Positions 37,857 through 51,460 are shown, numbered from the stretch's first letter. The stretch: 60,731 nucleotides of DNA from Chiloscyllium plagiosum (GCF_004010195.1 NC_057751.1:13337659-13398389), one strand, 5' to 3'. The notes: generated by a model not told the origin, from the sequence alone. A program made the numbers and translations.

Positions 37857-38226
37857 AGAGGTTTACAAAATTATGAGGGGCATGGATAGGGTAAATAGGC
37901 AAAGTCTTTTCCCTGGGGTTGGGGAGTCCAGAACTAGAGGGCATAGGTTTAGGGTGAGAGGGGAAAGATATAAAAGAGACCTACGGGGCAACTTTTTCAC
38001 GCAGAGAGTGGTACGTGTATGGAATGGGTTGCCAGAGGAAGTGGTGGAGGCTGGTACAATTGCAACATTTAAGAGGCATTTGGATGGGTATATGAATAGC
38101 AAGTGTTTGGAGGGATATGGGCCGGGTGCTGGCAGCTGGGACTAGATTGGGTTGGGATATCTGGTCGGCATGGACGGGTTGGACCGAAGGGTCTGTTTCC
38201 ATGCTGTACATCTTTGTGACTCTATG
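37857..38226 (+). mobile_element. CR1 3' fragment inserted in an oppositely oriented CR1 3' fragment (37823-37856 and 38230-38725, minus)
   Basis: EVYKIMRGMDRV..RTRGH..FFTQRVVRVWN; host tail agagtcatacagcacagaaac resumes after 38230. Confidence 0.85.
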
Positions 38227-39518
38227 TTGAGCAGGTTTCCCAAACTAAGCCAGTCTCATTTGCCTGGGTTTGACCTGTATCTTTTAAAACCTTTCTTATT
38301 GATGTACCAGTTCAAATAACTTGTAAATATTATAACTGTACCTGCCTCTAACAGTGCCTGTGGCTGTTCATTCTGTATATGCACTACCCTCTCTGTAAAA
38401 AAAAAAGTTGCACCTCAGGTCCGTTTAAATCTTTCCCCTCACACCTTAAAACTATATGCTCTAGTTTGGACTCCCCAACCCCCGGGAAAAGACCATAGGT
38501 ATTCACCTTAGCTATGCCTCTCATGGATTTTAAAAATCACTAAGTCACCTCTCAACCTCCTATGCTCCCAGGAAAGAAAAGTCCCAGACTATCCTTGTAA
38601 TAATATTCATGGGACTGAAATAGTTATAAGTCTTCACTGCACCCTTTCTAGTTTAATAACATCCTTCCTGGAGGACAGCAACCAGAACAGTATGCAGTAA
38701 ACAAAAATGGCCTCACCAATGTTTTGTCAGTGAGAGATCTTTTTACAAATCAACCAGCCACCCTGTGCCTCTTGCAAACCAGCAGAAGCATTTGAAAAAA
38801 CAAGCCTGATAAGTAACTTTATGATCTGCAAGAATCAACGCAACATTTTATGAACCAAATTCCTGAATTGTTTTCCCAGTTTTTTTTTCTATGTCCATGT
38901 GTTTTGTAACGCTGCTGTGCATCTGTGTGTAAGGTGGAAGATGTAAGGGAATTAGAGTGATAATCAGGGGTGTTATAGGCTGATGGTGTTTGGCTGCCTC
39001 TGACTGGAATCTAATTAATTGTAATGAATAATAATTTTTCACACTGATCTGTGCTTTCCATCAACTGGCACCATATATAGGTATATTGAGAAATCTTTTC
39101 CTAATTTTTAAAAAAATCTTTTATGTTTATAGTCACTCTGGGAATAGCAGGACTTGATTTGAACATAATACTTCAATGATTTGTGGCATTCTGGCTAGTT
39201 TACTCTGATCATCAATTTTTCTATAGATGGTTACTGATTTCTGAATGAATCCCAAACCTCAGATTTGGTACTGTTCGACTGCATTCTTAAGTCTGTCCTC
39301 TTAATCAAATATGATACTTAACTTCCTGTGTTGCCCAGTGTCCAGTGTACAGCTGTAATCTTTAGGTTGTTAACCTAATGAGCCTTAGCCGTTTCTATCA
39401 TTAAATCTTGGCTTTGCTTCAATTCAAAATGCCGTTTACATTTTGGAGTACATCACTTTCAAACAAAATGGAAATCAGAGGTATTACGATCACTGTTTTC
39501 CAGAGGATCTTTTACTAT

Positions 39519-40183
39519 TGTGACAATACTGCTCCTTTCAGAAGGTTACATTGTACTTGCTTTTTGCCCCCAGAGAGTTGTAAAAGGAAGAGGTTCTGAT
39601 TTGTCTGGGATTAGGGTCTTTGCTAATGGCTAACAGATACTGCCTAAGGCAACAATCAGGGAAAAGGCTTTTAGATTTTTTTTTACAAACACTTGTACAA
39701 TGAAAGGGGAGTGGCAAATTCTCCCAGTTCAGGGTTTTGTTTTCTGGTTTGGTTTGCTTTTAGTAAGCAGTCTGTTCAAAGCTGCTTGTTAAAGCAAGCT
39801 GCTCGAAAACAAAAGTTCCCTGATGTTTCTGGCTGACCATCTCTTTTTAACATCTCTTCTGCAAGAACCTGGTGTTTGAACTTACCTTTTTTTCCCAAAG
39901 GGGTGTGTTCATGGTGATGTTGCAGGAAATTGGAACAGCTCCTTTGTTAAGTTGCAGGGATATCGTGTTGGTTGGTAGGTGTTATTCTAAATTCTGTTTC
40001 CTTTTGCTTGTATTTCATTCAGTGGTGTGTAAAAAAATTCGGTTTTACTTGGAACCAAGTGGTTTGACCAGCTGCATCACTCCTGGAATAGCCACCTTAC
40101 ATCTCCCGAAAACAACTATAAAATGTTAGGGTCTGGGCTACCTTCCTGGAATGTTTTGAGGGGGTCTGGCCTGATCCATAACA
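39519..40183 (+). mobile_element. Solo LTR, same family as 34546-35188
   Basis: Shared blocks tgtgacaat.ctgctccttt, gctaacagatactgcct, acaatgaaagggga, tgcatcac, ttttgagggggtctggc..aaca. Confidence 0.75.
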
Positions 40184-41012
40184 TCAGGACATGACTAATT
40201 ATTCCTGTTTCATTAAACAGGGGTAGTATCTAAGTTTTATCATGAGCACGTTCCACAATGTCGTTGTCTCAGCATATGTCGTGCCAACATTCTACAAACT
40301 TAACTTCTGGAGTACTCTTTCCAACCTGTCACTTTGCAAGCTCCAATTTTTTTTGTTTTACGTTCTGTCCAATGTTACCACAATGATTCATGATTTGGCT
40401 TTTTTTAAAAACAATCAGATAATTGTTATATAAATAACTCCCATCAGCGGATTCTGTCTCAATTCCTAATTTCCAAACACGGGGATTCTATTTCACGACC
40501 TTTTGAAGCCAGACACGGCTTCACTGATCCCCTTCCATTCTCCTTTACTATATGAGATATTTCTACTCCTTTGCCCATCTATCAGAAATATTGTGTAGCC
40601 TGAAAAATGTATTTCCCAATGTGAATAGTGTCTTTCTAATGGCCATTAGATCACTATTTTGCAGCAGGTCATTTTGTTTTCGTGCAGTCATTCAAATAAA
40701 GGATCTAAAATTTTTTTCTAAAACTTATTCATTGGTGTATTAACTTGGCTAAACTCTAATCCCTTCATATTCTGCTCGGTTTGTCTTCACTTACATTGCT
40801 ATTGTGTTCTGACTGTTTGAATTTTCTCTTTGGATTCTAAATCTCGCCTCATTTTAATCCTCTCCAAAGGATATGAGGCAGATCAGACAACAGCAAAAAT
40901 AGAAACCTCTTATCTGGCATTACTCATGAAACCATATATACAGGTATTTTCATGCTCCAATTTGCCAAGGAGGTAGGAGCATATAATAGATTTTCTATCA
41001 TCTGACATTTCA

Positions 41013-41531
41013 GGCAGAAACTTCTCAATCACTGAACACTATGGACATTGTTGAGAAAGGCGGATAAATTGCCTGAGATAGGTAGTAAGGAGCACTTCCA
41101 TGTCGACAGCAAAAGTCTCATTTTCTAACCAGGAGTTCAATAGGGAGTCAAGATTCTCCCTAGTAAGCAACAAGACGTCGCTTTGCATTCATTACTATGC
41201 ATTAGCATTTCATTATTAGTTAATCTCACCTCAGTTTCCTATTCAACACCTGGCAGATGGAAAGTCATTGGCGACAACTCCCAACATGAAAGTCAAACAG
41301 TATCCTGGTGACTCCAGCTCACGACATGCTCCTCCAGTCCTCCATCATGGGAGGGCAGTCAACACCGTGTCAGAGCAGGTTCCACAGACGTTGACAACCC
41401 AAGAGCCACATCTATGGACACTGGCATCAGACAGGTACCAGACTAACTGTGTCCTCATGGCACATCTCTAATCTGCACTTCAATGGTAGACTTTGGAATG
41501 CAACAGCACCTATCATTGGAAAATTTCTGCC
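41013..41531. mobile_element. Possible MITE / non-autonomous DNA transposon
   Basis: Imperfect terminal inverted repeats ggcagaaacttctc ... ggaaaatttctgcc. No clear TSD. Confidence 0.4.
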
Positions 41532-44249
41532 AGCATACATGGCATGCAGGGATGGGCACCTGACTCGTGAATTCGACCAGGGTGCATCTCAGGACTCCTC
41601 ACTTGGTCTTATAATGCTCATTTAGTTTGTTCCTACTCAGATCCTCACAACATATCAACTTTGCCTTTCCTTTTTGATTTGGATGTGATTTTGTTGCCAC
41701 ATGTATTTTATATTAAGCATACAATAAAATAAATGAGAAGCTTTCATTTGTTACGATGAAACAATCATTTTGAATAATTTAAGAATGAGGAAGGCAAAGA
41801 AAACTATAGCTTGAAGAGAGTCTGTCAGTCCTGAGGCAGCTCATCACCGTCAACGATGTCTGTGCCACCTTTCCTCTGTCACCGCTTCACCACTGCCTAT
41901 TATTGACCCAAGAAACATCAAAGTCGTTGATCCTCAGATGCCATCTTTGAGGGTGTTGCTCTTCTGCCACGGTCTCCTGCACCAGATCAACAGATGTTAG
42001 AATCATGTCTCTTGCCGCTGGGCCCACCACGATGCCATTCTGCCACTCCTTCATTGCATCCAGAGCTGGCGGCAATCAACAACGAAGTTACTGATCCTCA
42101 GATGCCATCTTTTGCTGCTGGGCCTACCTCACCGACATCACCTCTGCCGATGCAGCAGCTGCAATTCCCATTCCTGTACTTGCTCCAGAAAAGTAAGTAA
42201 GAGCTCACTCTCCTCTGTTCTAGGTCCACCTGAGGTCCACAGTAGGCCCACCTGAGGTTTTCGCATGGGCCAGGCTCAAGGTCCATGCCTTGGCCTGGCT
42301 TATGATTGCTCAAGGTCAGCATCCTGGGTCTACACACTGGGCTCTCGCCACTGCCAATTCCATCCAAGCTCAGGACAAGGTAAGTGAGTATAAAAAAGAG
42401 AGAAGAAAAGAAAACCACTTGGAGCAGACGAACTCTGGCACACAAGCCCTACTCCGCTGTCATCTTGACTGCAAGCACTTCTGCACTTTGCTCCCTCAGG
42501 CAAAGTGTAAAAGCTCAGAATACTTGTGTCTTGATTAGCCCTTTAGCATGGACACAGGTACAAACAAACAACTTCTTGAAATTGCCAGCAGTCATCAAAG
42601 GGCAGGCACATTGTTGTCGAGCACTGGGTTACATTATCACACTTGTACCATGTGCCAACAGCTGACATGGTAACTACACTTAATGTGCTTCAACCAAATT
42701 ACCATGCCTCAAAGTTTAAGGAGAGTAGTCATTTAGTTGCTCGGGGTGGTCCGAGTCAGAATTTCTCTCCTCATAGGGGGTGAGAAGCTGAATGTTGGGC
42801 ACTGCATGATCCAATTTGGCTGTTAATGCAAAGGGAGAGATTGACCGAGATGAATATGCTAGCACAGCTATCATGCTGCCACAAGTGGAGGAAAGGTGGT
42901 GAGGGGAAACACAAATTGCACCTTTTTAAAAAAAAAGGGTCATGGAGACATTCAGTCAGTCACTGCTTCATCCCCATGAAGATTAACAGCTAACTGTTCT
43001 TGCTGTATCTTCATGTCAATGGCAGCCAATCTCTCAGCACACTCCATCAGAATGTCTATAACGGTGTCTCATTGTTCAAGGCTCCTTGTTGCATCTTAGT
43101 TCTGATGAGTGCAAAACAAAAAGCTTTAATGTCTTTTTTTTAAGCAATGTTTTAAAAATAATTAAAATCAATCATTTGACTTGTCATTTGGAAGTGAATG
43201 CAATGGAATCCTCTGGATGACAAAATTCCCTGCAGTTAATAGCATAAATGTAGTCTTTTGGGCATCTACATTCAATCCTATGACACAGATAAAGTGCACA
43301 AGGTGTCACTCTATAATTTAATGCATGGATTACTGTCAGTCATACAAGTGACTACTGTCTGAGAAGTTGGCACTCAGCTATTTTCTGGTGACATTCAGCC
43401 TAAGTGTCAATTTTGTCGACTTTCATGGAGGGGGTCTTTTCACAAGGCCTACCATATTTTCTCACCATATCTTACCAAACTTATCTCATTATCAATGCAC
43501 CACACTGCTATTGAGATCAGTGCTTTCTGCCACTCACTGAAGGTAGAAGTATTCACTACAGTCAGGATATCCCAGGATTCCTGACACGACACCACCTTTA
43601 AACTTGGGCATGCATGCACCCGCGCACTGCATGTCAATTGACTCAGATATGTTGGAAAGAGGGATATTGGCTCTTGGTTCTGCTAGTAGGTAGTCCGAGT
43701 GGATGGCAGAATGCAGAGGAGAGCCATCCTCATGCCTTAGGCCTGGCAGAGATTATAATGGCACCAGACAATGCCAGCTTGGCTGGAGGGTATCACATGT
43801 GTCAGTGCTGCTTTCTGTGTTCAGGGGAACATGTCACAATGCCACAAGGTCAATTACTTCCTGCAGTCTGTGAAGCCAAGTGCTACAATCTTCTTTTTTA
43901 TTCCTTCACAGTCACTTTCGTTGATTGCACACACCTCCAAAGACTCATGATCTACCACTCTCAAAATCACATGCAACATTAGTATACCAAAATAAAATGA
44001 AGAACGGGGGATGCTGGAAATCTGAAAAAAATGACAAAAGTTAGAAGAGAAACTCAGCAGTTCTGGCAGCTGCTGTGGAAAGAAAGCAGAGGTAACATTT
44101 CAGTCCACTGATCCATCTTCAGAACATTCTGCACTCTCTTAACTGCATTCATATCTTAGCTTTAATGTGGCTCCCAGAACTGTCCACAATACTCCAACTG
44201 AGGTTGAACAAGTGCCTTGTACAAGTTCAATCTCACCATTTTGCTCTGA

Positions 44250-45990
44250 GAACATAGAACAGTACAGCACAGAACAGGCCCATCAGCCCACGATGTTGTG
44301 CCAATCACTGATCCTCATGTATGCACCCTCAAATTTCTGTGACCATATGCATGTCCAGTAGTCTCTTAAATGTCCCCAATGACATTGCTTCCACAACTGC
44401 TGCTGGCAACGCATTCCATGCTCTCACTACCCTCTGTGTAGAGAACCCGCCTCTGACATCCCCTCTATACTTTCCTCCAACCAGCTTAAAACTATGACCC
44501 CTCGTGTTAGTAATTTCTGCTCTGGAAAATAGTCTCTGGCTATCGACTCTATCTATGCCTCTCATTATCTTGTATACCTCAATTAGGTCCCCTCTCCTGC
44601 TCCTCCTCCTCTTCTCCAATGAAAAAAGTCCGAGCTCAGTCAACCTCTCTTCATAAGATAAGCCCTCCAGTCCAGGCAGCATCCTGGAAAACCTCCTCTG
44701 AACCCTCTCTGAAGCATCCACATCTTTCATATAATAGGGTGATCAGAACTGGACGCAGTATTCCAAGTGCGGTCTAACCAAAGTTTATAGAGCTGCAACA
44801 AGATCTCACGACTCTTAAACTCAATCCCCCTGTTAATGAAAGCCAAAACACCATATGTTTTCTTAACAACTCTGTCCCAATTTTAAGGGACCTATGTACC
44901 TGCACACCAAGATCCCTCGGTTTCTCCACACTGCCAAGAATCCTATCCTTAATCCTGAATTCAGCTTTCAAATTCGACCTTCCAAAATGCATCACCCCAT
45001 TTATCCAGGTTGAACTCCATATGCCACCTCTCAGCCCATCTCTGCATCCTGTCAATGTCCAGCTGCAGCCGATAACAGCCCTCTATACTGTCAACGACAC
45101 CTCCAACCTTTGTGTTGTCTGCAAACTTGCTGACCCATCTGTAATTGCTGGGGATTTCCCTATTTCCTTTCTTGAAGGGAGGAATTACATTTGCCTCTCT
45201 CCAGTCCGCAGGTATGACTCCAGTGGACAGCGAGGATGCAAAGATCTTTGCAAGTGGAGCCGCAATTGCATTTCTCGTTTCCCAAAACAGCCGAGGACAA
45301 ATCTGGTCCGGGCCTGGCGACTTGTCAATATTAATGTTTGACAAAATTTTCAGCACATCAGCTTCCTCTTTCTCTATCCATTCCAGCATGCACACCTGCT
45401 CTTCAAAGGTTTCATTCACTACAAAGTTTGTTTCTTTCGTAAAGACAGAAGCAAAAAACTCATTTAGGGCTTCCCCTACCTCCTCAGACTCCACACACAA
45501 ATTCCCTATGCTATCCCTGGTCGGCCCTACTCTTTCTTTGACCATTCTCTTATTCCTCACATAAGCGTAAAATGCCTTTGTGTTCTCCCTAATCCGTTCT
45601 GCCAAGCCTTTCTCGTGCCCCCTCCTGGCTCTCATCAGACCATTTTTGACCTCCTTCCTCGCCTGCCTGTAATCCTCTAGAGCTGAGCTTGACCCTAGCT
45701 TCCTCCACCTTATGTAAGCTACCTTTTTCCTTTTGACGAGAAGCTCCACCGCTCTTGTCATCCAAAGTTCCTTTATCTTACCACTTCTTGCCTGTCTCAG
45801 AGGGACATATTTATTCATCACTCGCAACAACTGTTCCTTAAACAGTCTCCACATGTCTATAGTGTCTTTACCATGGAACAATTGCTCCCAGTCCATGCTT
45901 CTTAACTCATGTCTAATCGCATAATTGTTTCCTGTTCCCCAATTAAATATCCTCCCATTTTGCCTAATCCTCTCCTTCTCCATTGCTATG
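44250..45990 (-). mobile_element. CR1 LINE with in-frame internal deletion, nested in an older CR1 (44130-44249, 45990-46295, 46700-46765)
   Basis: DKSPGPD..DWREANVIP.FKKG..NYR is joined directly to WVSKFADNTK. C-terminus RGDLIEVYKI. Tail ttctatgttct at ~44250. Confidence 0.88.
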
Positions 45991-46295
45991 TACCCAATGC
46001 CCCTATTAATAGAGCTGAGAATATAATCTGCTTTATTAATTGCTTTCTCAACCTGCCTTGCCATCTGATCAGTACATCAGGTGTCTCTGCTCCTGCACCC
46101 CATTTAGAATTTGACCCCTTATCTTATATTGTCTTTCCATGTTCATCCTAGCAAAACGTATTACCCCATATTTCTATACATTGAAATGATCTACCACCTA
46201 TCTGCATCATTGTCTCTGTCCTTCTAGAGTTTCACAGTCCTCATCACAGTGTCATTAATATATATTTGCAACAGCAAGGGTTCTGACACTGACCT

Positions 46296-46699
46296 TGAGA
46301 TGTTAAAGGGTTAATTTATTCTGCTGACACCTAAGAAATCAGGTGCCGGTGGGGGTGGTGTCGTCTTGCAGGTAGAATGTGACAATCTAATCATACTCTG
46401 TAAATGCTGTAGTTTTAAGGAATAACCTAATCACATTGTTTTTGGGTGGCATGTGACTATGGGGAAGTGGCAGTGGTGGTGTCATGCATGCATGACTGAC
46501 AGTGATGTAAAATCCGGTATAAAAGTATGACGGTTCATTTATTCAGACAGCCTAGCTTGACATGCTCTGCAAGCATCATGAAGAGTGTGACATGATCCTC
46601 CAAAACTTATACTTGCTTAAATAAATTGTGGCTGTCTACAGAAAGTGGCATATTGCAGTTGCATCAAGTGTGGAAGAATCTCAAGAAGGGAACCTGACA
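46296..46699 (+). mobile_element. Solo LTR (404 bp) with 4-bp TSD ACCT
   Basis: TG...CA ends, ACCT on both sides, TATAAAA at 46518-46524 and AATAAA at 46620-46625. It splits a CR1 sequence (..acactg acct | acct ttggggaactccact..). Confidence 0.65.
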
Positions 46700-46767
46700 A
46701 CCTTTGGGGAACTCCACTACAAATTGTCCTCCAATCTGAAAAACATCCATTGACCACTACTCTGTTT

Positions 46768-47113
46768 GATAGAATCATACCTCTGACAGTGTGGAAACAG
46801 GCCATTTGGCACAAGTCCACATCCACCCTCCAAAGAGTAACCCAACCAGACCCATTCGCCTGCCCTATTACTCTACATTTACTTCTGACTAATGCAAATA
46901 AACCTACACATCCCTGAATAATTTGGGCAATTTAGCACAGCTAAATTCCTCTAACCTGTACATCTTTTGTGTGAGGAAATCCGAGCACCTGGAGAAAATC
47001 CACGCAGACACGGGGAGAATGTGCCATCTCCACACAGTCGCCAGAGGCTGGAATTCAAACCCAGGTCCCTGGCCTGTGAGGCAGCAGTGCTAACCACAGA
47101 GCCACCGTGCCGC
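46768..47113 (-). mobile_element. HE1-type SINE
   Basis: tRNA head gcggcacggtggctctgtggttagc on the minus strand, V-type core, CR1-derived tail. Confidence 0.88.
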
Positions 47114-47419
47114 ACAAACAATTTTGTTTCCACATTGCTACTGTCCTTATTAGCATGTGACGACTAATTCTATCCTGAATAACTGTTTCTAGACTTTTTA
47201 AGTATTGTCTTATAGTGATTGTAGAAACATTGTTACAAGGAAATCAAAACTGAGAACTTAAAATTCAGTGATATGCGATGTTTCAAATGGCAGGAAGGAA
47301 TGGAGCAGTGAGGAAGCTTTGTTAGTACACAATGGAAGAAGTATGAAAGCAAGAAATGCTCAACAATGAATAATTTAGAATTCATATAGGTGAAAGTAAG
47401 AAATAACATGATGATGATT

Positions 47420-48320
47420 CTGGTGGCTGGTATGGAGGGATTTTTTGCATGAGGAAAGGTTGAGTAGGTTGGGAGAGGAGACCTGATGTAAGATTCTTAG
47501 GGGGCTTAAAAAGGGAAATGCAGAGAGGTTGCTTTCCCTGTGGGAGAGACTAGGACCAGAGGGCATCACGTCAGAGTAAGGAGTCACCTATTTAAGAGAG
47601 AGAGATGAGGGAATCTTTTCCCTCTGAGGGTGGTGAAGTTGTGGAATTCTTTATCACAGAGATTCATCGATGTGCGGTTAACATTAAGGGAATCAAGGGT
47701 TACGACAATAAGGCAGAAAAGGGGAGTTAAGGATGATCAGTTCAGCAGTGATCTCACTGAATATCAGACCAGATTTCATGCATTGATTGGCCTACTTCTA
47801 CTCCGACATCTTGTGATTTTATGGTGGGAGCTGTCTCAGCTCTCTAACAGTAGCTATCTAGTTGATCAGAGAATAAGTCATGAGAGAATGAGAGCATTGA
47901 AAACAGCAGTAAGCATGTGTGATTTAATTGTGGTGTAAATTGGGAAATTAAACTAGCAGAGCTAACGATGAGGATGAATTCAAAGTGTGTCTGTGACAAA
48001 CTGTCAGAACAATATGTTGTAGATCCAATCAGAAATCAGGCTATTTTCAATCTGGTAGTGTGTAATAAGGCAGGTTTAACAAATGATGCCAGAGAAAAAG
48101 ATCTCCCAGAAAACAGTCACCACAAAATGGTAGAATTTAGCATTCAGTTTGAGATGGTCCACCTTTATGCTAAAATTACATAAAGGGAATAAATAAATAA
48201 TTACAAAGGAAGGAGGACAGACCGAGCTCGTATGGACTGGAAGAGAAGTTTCGGACAAAGACAGATGAGGAACACTGGCAGAGATTTAAGAAAATAGTTT
48301 ATGGCTTGCAATAAGGATAC
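47420..48320 (+). mobile_element. Decayed CR1 fragments (3' end and endonuclease region)
   Basis: RVVKLWNSL-type and EQYVVDP.R.QAI..LV..SHH.MVEF motifs. Confidence 0.6.
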
Positions 48321-48335
48321 GCATATATTTTCATA

Positions 48336-48533
48336 TTAGATTTGATTAGATTCCCTACAGTATGGAAACAGGCCCTTTGGCCCAACAAGTCCATACCGAC
48401 CCTCCAAAAAATAACTTACTCAAACTTTTCCCTACCCTATATTTATCCCTGACTAATGCACCTAACACTATGGGCAATTTAGCATGGCCAATTCACCTGA
48501 CCTGCACATCTTTGGATTGTGGGAGGAAACCGG
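48336..48533 (-). mobile_element. 5'-truncated HE1-type SINE
   Basis: Tail and 3' half of the core only; abuts the Penelope fragment. Confidence 0.8.
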
Positions 48534-48537
48534 AACG

Positions 48538-49115
48538 GTTTGTTACAGTTCTTGCACGGTATTTTTTTCAATTGAAATTGAAATTTTCAAAAAAATACTT
48601 GAAAGAACTGTAACAAACACTGCATGGGGCAAACAGGCAGAAAACTAGCCACCAGGACACATGAACATCAACTCGCCACAAAACGACATGACCCACTCTC
48701 ACTAGAATCCTTACATACAGATAAGGAAGGACACCACTTCAACTGGGACAACACATCCATCCTAGGACAAGCCAAACTGAAAAACGCACGAGAATTCCTA
48801 GAAGCATGGCATCCCAACCGGAGCTCTATACACAAACACATCGAATGAGACCCAATTACCACCACACTGACCACCCCCCCCCCCCCCCACTCCGAGAACA
48901 GGAAATGACATCACCACAGTAAATGACATCACCAGCCCAAGGAAACTCAAACATACAAACAGAAAGCAGGAAACACTAGCAGTGCTTCACCCGGAGGCTC
49001 ACTGAAGATGTTACCTAGTACGGTGACGAAACATCTGAAAATGAAACTTTCAGCTCAGCGAGCAAACCTACATCCAGAACCTCAACATGAGCTACAAATC
49101 TTCTCAAAACTTGCT
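48538..49115 (+). mobile_element. Penelope-like element 3' fragment: GIY-YIG endonuclease remnant, short 5' inversion and hammerhead motif (49002-49035)
   Basis: GQTGRKLATRTHEH..HHFNWDNTSILGQ..AREFLEAWH. Motif CTGAAGA-T-GTTACC-tagtac-GGTGAC-GAAAC-ATC. Confidence 0.88.
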
Positions 49116-51460
49116 ATAGACTGCTCCACTATGTTGAGAATTGTGAGTTGTGAGTTGCGCTGAATATTGTTCATTGATGATTGCACATGGCCAATTCTGA
49201 CCTTATGAGGGAGGAAGTTCTTGGATGAAGCAGCTGAAGATGTTTGGTTTCAGACGATATCCTGAGGAACTACAACAGAGCAGTCCCACTGTTGAAATGA
49301 TTGATCTCCAACAATCACAAACATCTTCCTTTTTGCACAGTGTCACTGCAAACAGCTGAATTTTCTCCATAGTTTTCACTGACTCCAGTTTTTCTACAGT
49401 TCCTTAATGCTACACTTGGTCCAATATTGCCCTTGAAATCAAGGCTCTTTTACCTTACCTCTGGGGTTTAGCCCTTTGGACCATGTTTGGACAAAGGCTC
49501 GAAAAAGGTCAGGAGCCAAGTGGCTCTGACAGAACCCAAATTGAATGCACGTGTTCAAGTCATTGTTAAGCAGTGTGTTAATGATGATCGAGATGAGAAT
49601 GATGGGGCAGTAATTGAACCAGCTCAACTTATGCTGCTTTTTAGTGCACAGGACACAGTTGGGGCAATTTTCCACATTTTCAGGTAAATGTCAGTGCTGC
49701 AAACAAAATCATGATGCGCTTGGTTAGAATAGGTGTGGGGGGGGGGGGAATCTTCTTACTTGTGAAACGATCAAGAGGAACAGGATACAGATTTCAAGTG
49801 ATTGAAAAAATAAGCAAAAGCAACACAAGGGAAAAGTTCCTTATGCAACAAGTGGTCAAAGTCTGGAATCCACTGCCTGAAAAAGTGTGATGCAGGCAGG
49901 TTAATTGAAGCTCTGAAAACGGAATTCGACTGTGATCTAAAAGAACAGTATGTTCAGGTTTCTGAGAAGACAGGAGAATGCCACCAAATTACTACTAATT
50001 GACCATACTGATGGAAGGGTTAATAACCAATGTATAGCAATTTGAAGTGATGTCAAAAGGACCAACGCGAAATCTTTTCAACACGGTGACTCACTACCCG
50101 AGTGTGGTGAACGCAGTTTCAGATGTGGCTTCCTGGTGAAAATATTTGCAGGGCTACAGGGAAAAGAAAAGGACAAACGGGTCAAGCTGAGTTGCTCTTG
50201 TAGAACTGCAGTCATAGCAGGCTGATGGTCTGCTTCTGAGCTGTCAGTATGTTATCCGATTCTACATCAAATAACAGTTGTAAACTGTTCCTCTCCTTGT
50301 GCAGATCATTGAGATCTGAACCTCCTGGTGCTTACATGTGAAAGAAGAATGCTATCTCAGCACCATTTCTATTTGCCTTCAGTGGATAGTGTGAAACACA
50401 TGACTATTCTTCATGTGTGAACTGGAACATAAAAGCCAAAGCCCAAACTATTTTAATTCAGCATCCAACATTTTACACTTGCCACTTGAGATCAGAGTGA
50501 ATGTTATAACTGTATTTTATCCTTCACAGCTATGAGGGACATTCATTATTTTAACTTAATAAAAACATGATCGGAACTGGACACAAGTGGATAAACTGAA
50601 CTCAACTGATGATTGCTCTTCAGAAAGCAGGTAAGGGCTTAATTGGCTAAATGGCCTTCTTTTGTGCTAATGACCTCCTTTTGTGCCAGCAGCCTCAATC
50701 TTTTCTTTTTAGGTGTGGGTGAACAAGCAGGTGGCAACTAACATGCCCTCTTTCCCCATGGCAATTGCATCAACTGGAACTGTCACAAGCCTTGTTACTG
50801 ACATGATGGAGTGGCAGAAGCTACCAACATTGGCCACTCCAGGGGCTCCTCACCTGCCAGGTCACCTTCCACTTTGAGCCCCGACAGCTGGTGTTGACCA
50901 TCACGAAGATAATTCAGCCTTTAACTTTTCAACTATAACCTGTGAAACTCGTGTGATATTTGCCATGCAACCATCAACAAATCTTTTAATTTAGTTTCAC
51001 AAGTTATTTTGGGTCGACATCTTGGTGCTTGCTAATTTGATAAGAGATTTAAATCTGGAAAATCTCTTTATTGCTTGGTGGCATTCTGTGGACAGTTTAA
51101 AGCTTTGATCATAGGTTCTGAAGCAGAACCTCTGTGACATCAGGGGTAAAGTGAAGGCTGCACAATAGAATTTAACAATGATTCTTTATCAATTCTCGAA
51201 AGTTATAGTACTCAGAACACGAAGTTTCACCTTCCAATCCTGAGATACCAATTAACACTGGTATCGTATCAACTTGTTCTCTAACATGGACTTCAGAAAC
51301 TCAAAATCGTCACATAGTGACAGAAGCACATTGTGATTGGCCCACCATGTTATCCATGAAATGACATTCGATCTTAACTGGTGCAATCAGCTTTTCAGTA
51401 ACAGACTAATGGAAAAGCAAGAAGTGATGTAGCCAATGAAGCATAAAGGGTTAATGGGAA

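Noticed and set aside
34546..40183. Two similar LTRs as the ends of one intact provirus
   Set aside because: The copies are clearly diverged, the intervening DNA is RTE/CR1/Penelope debris with no gag-pol or PBS, and the RTE host resumes directly after the first LTR.
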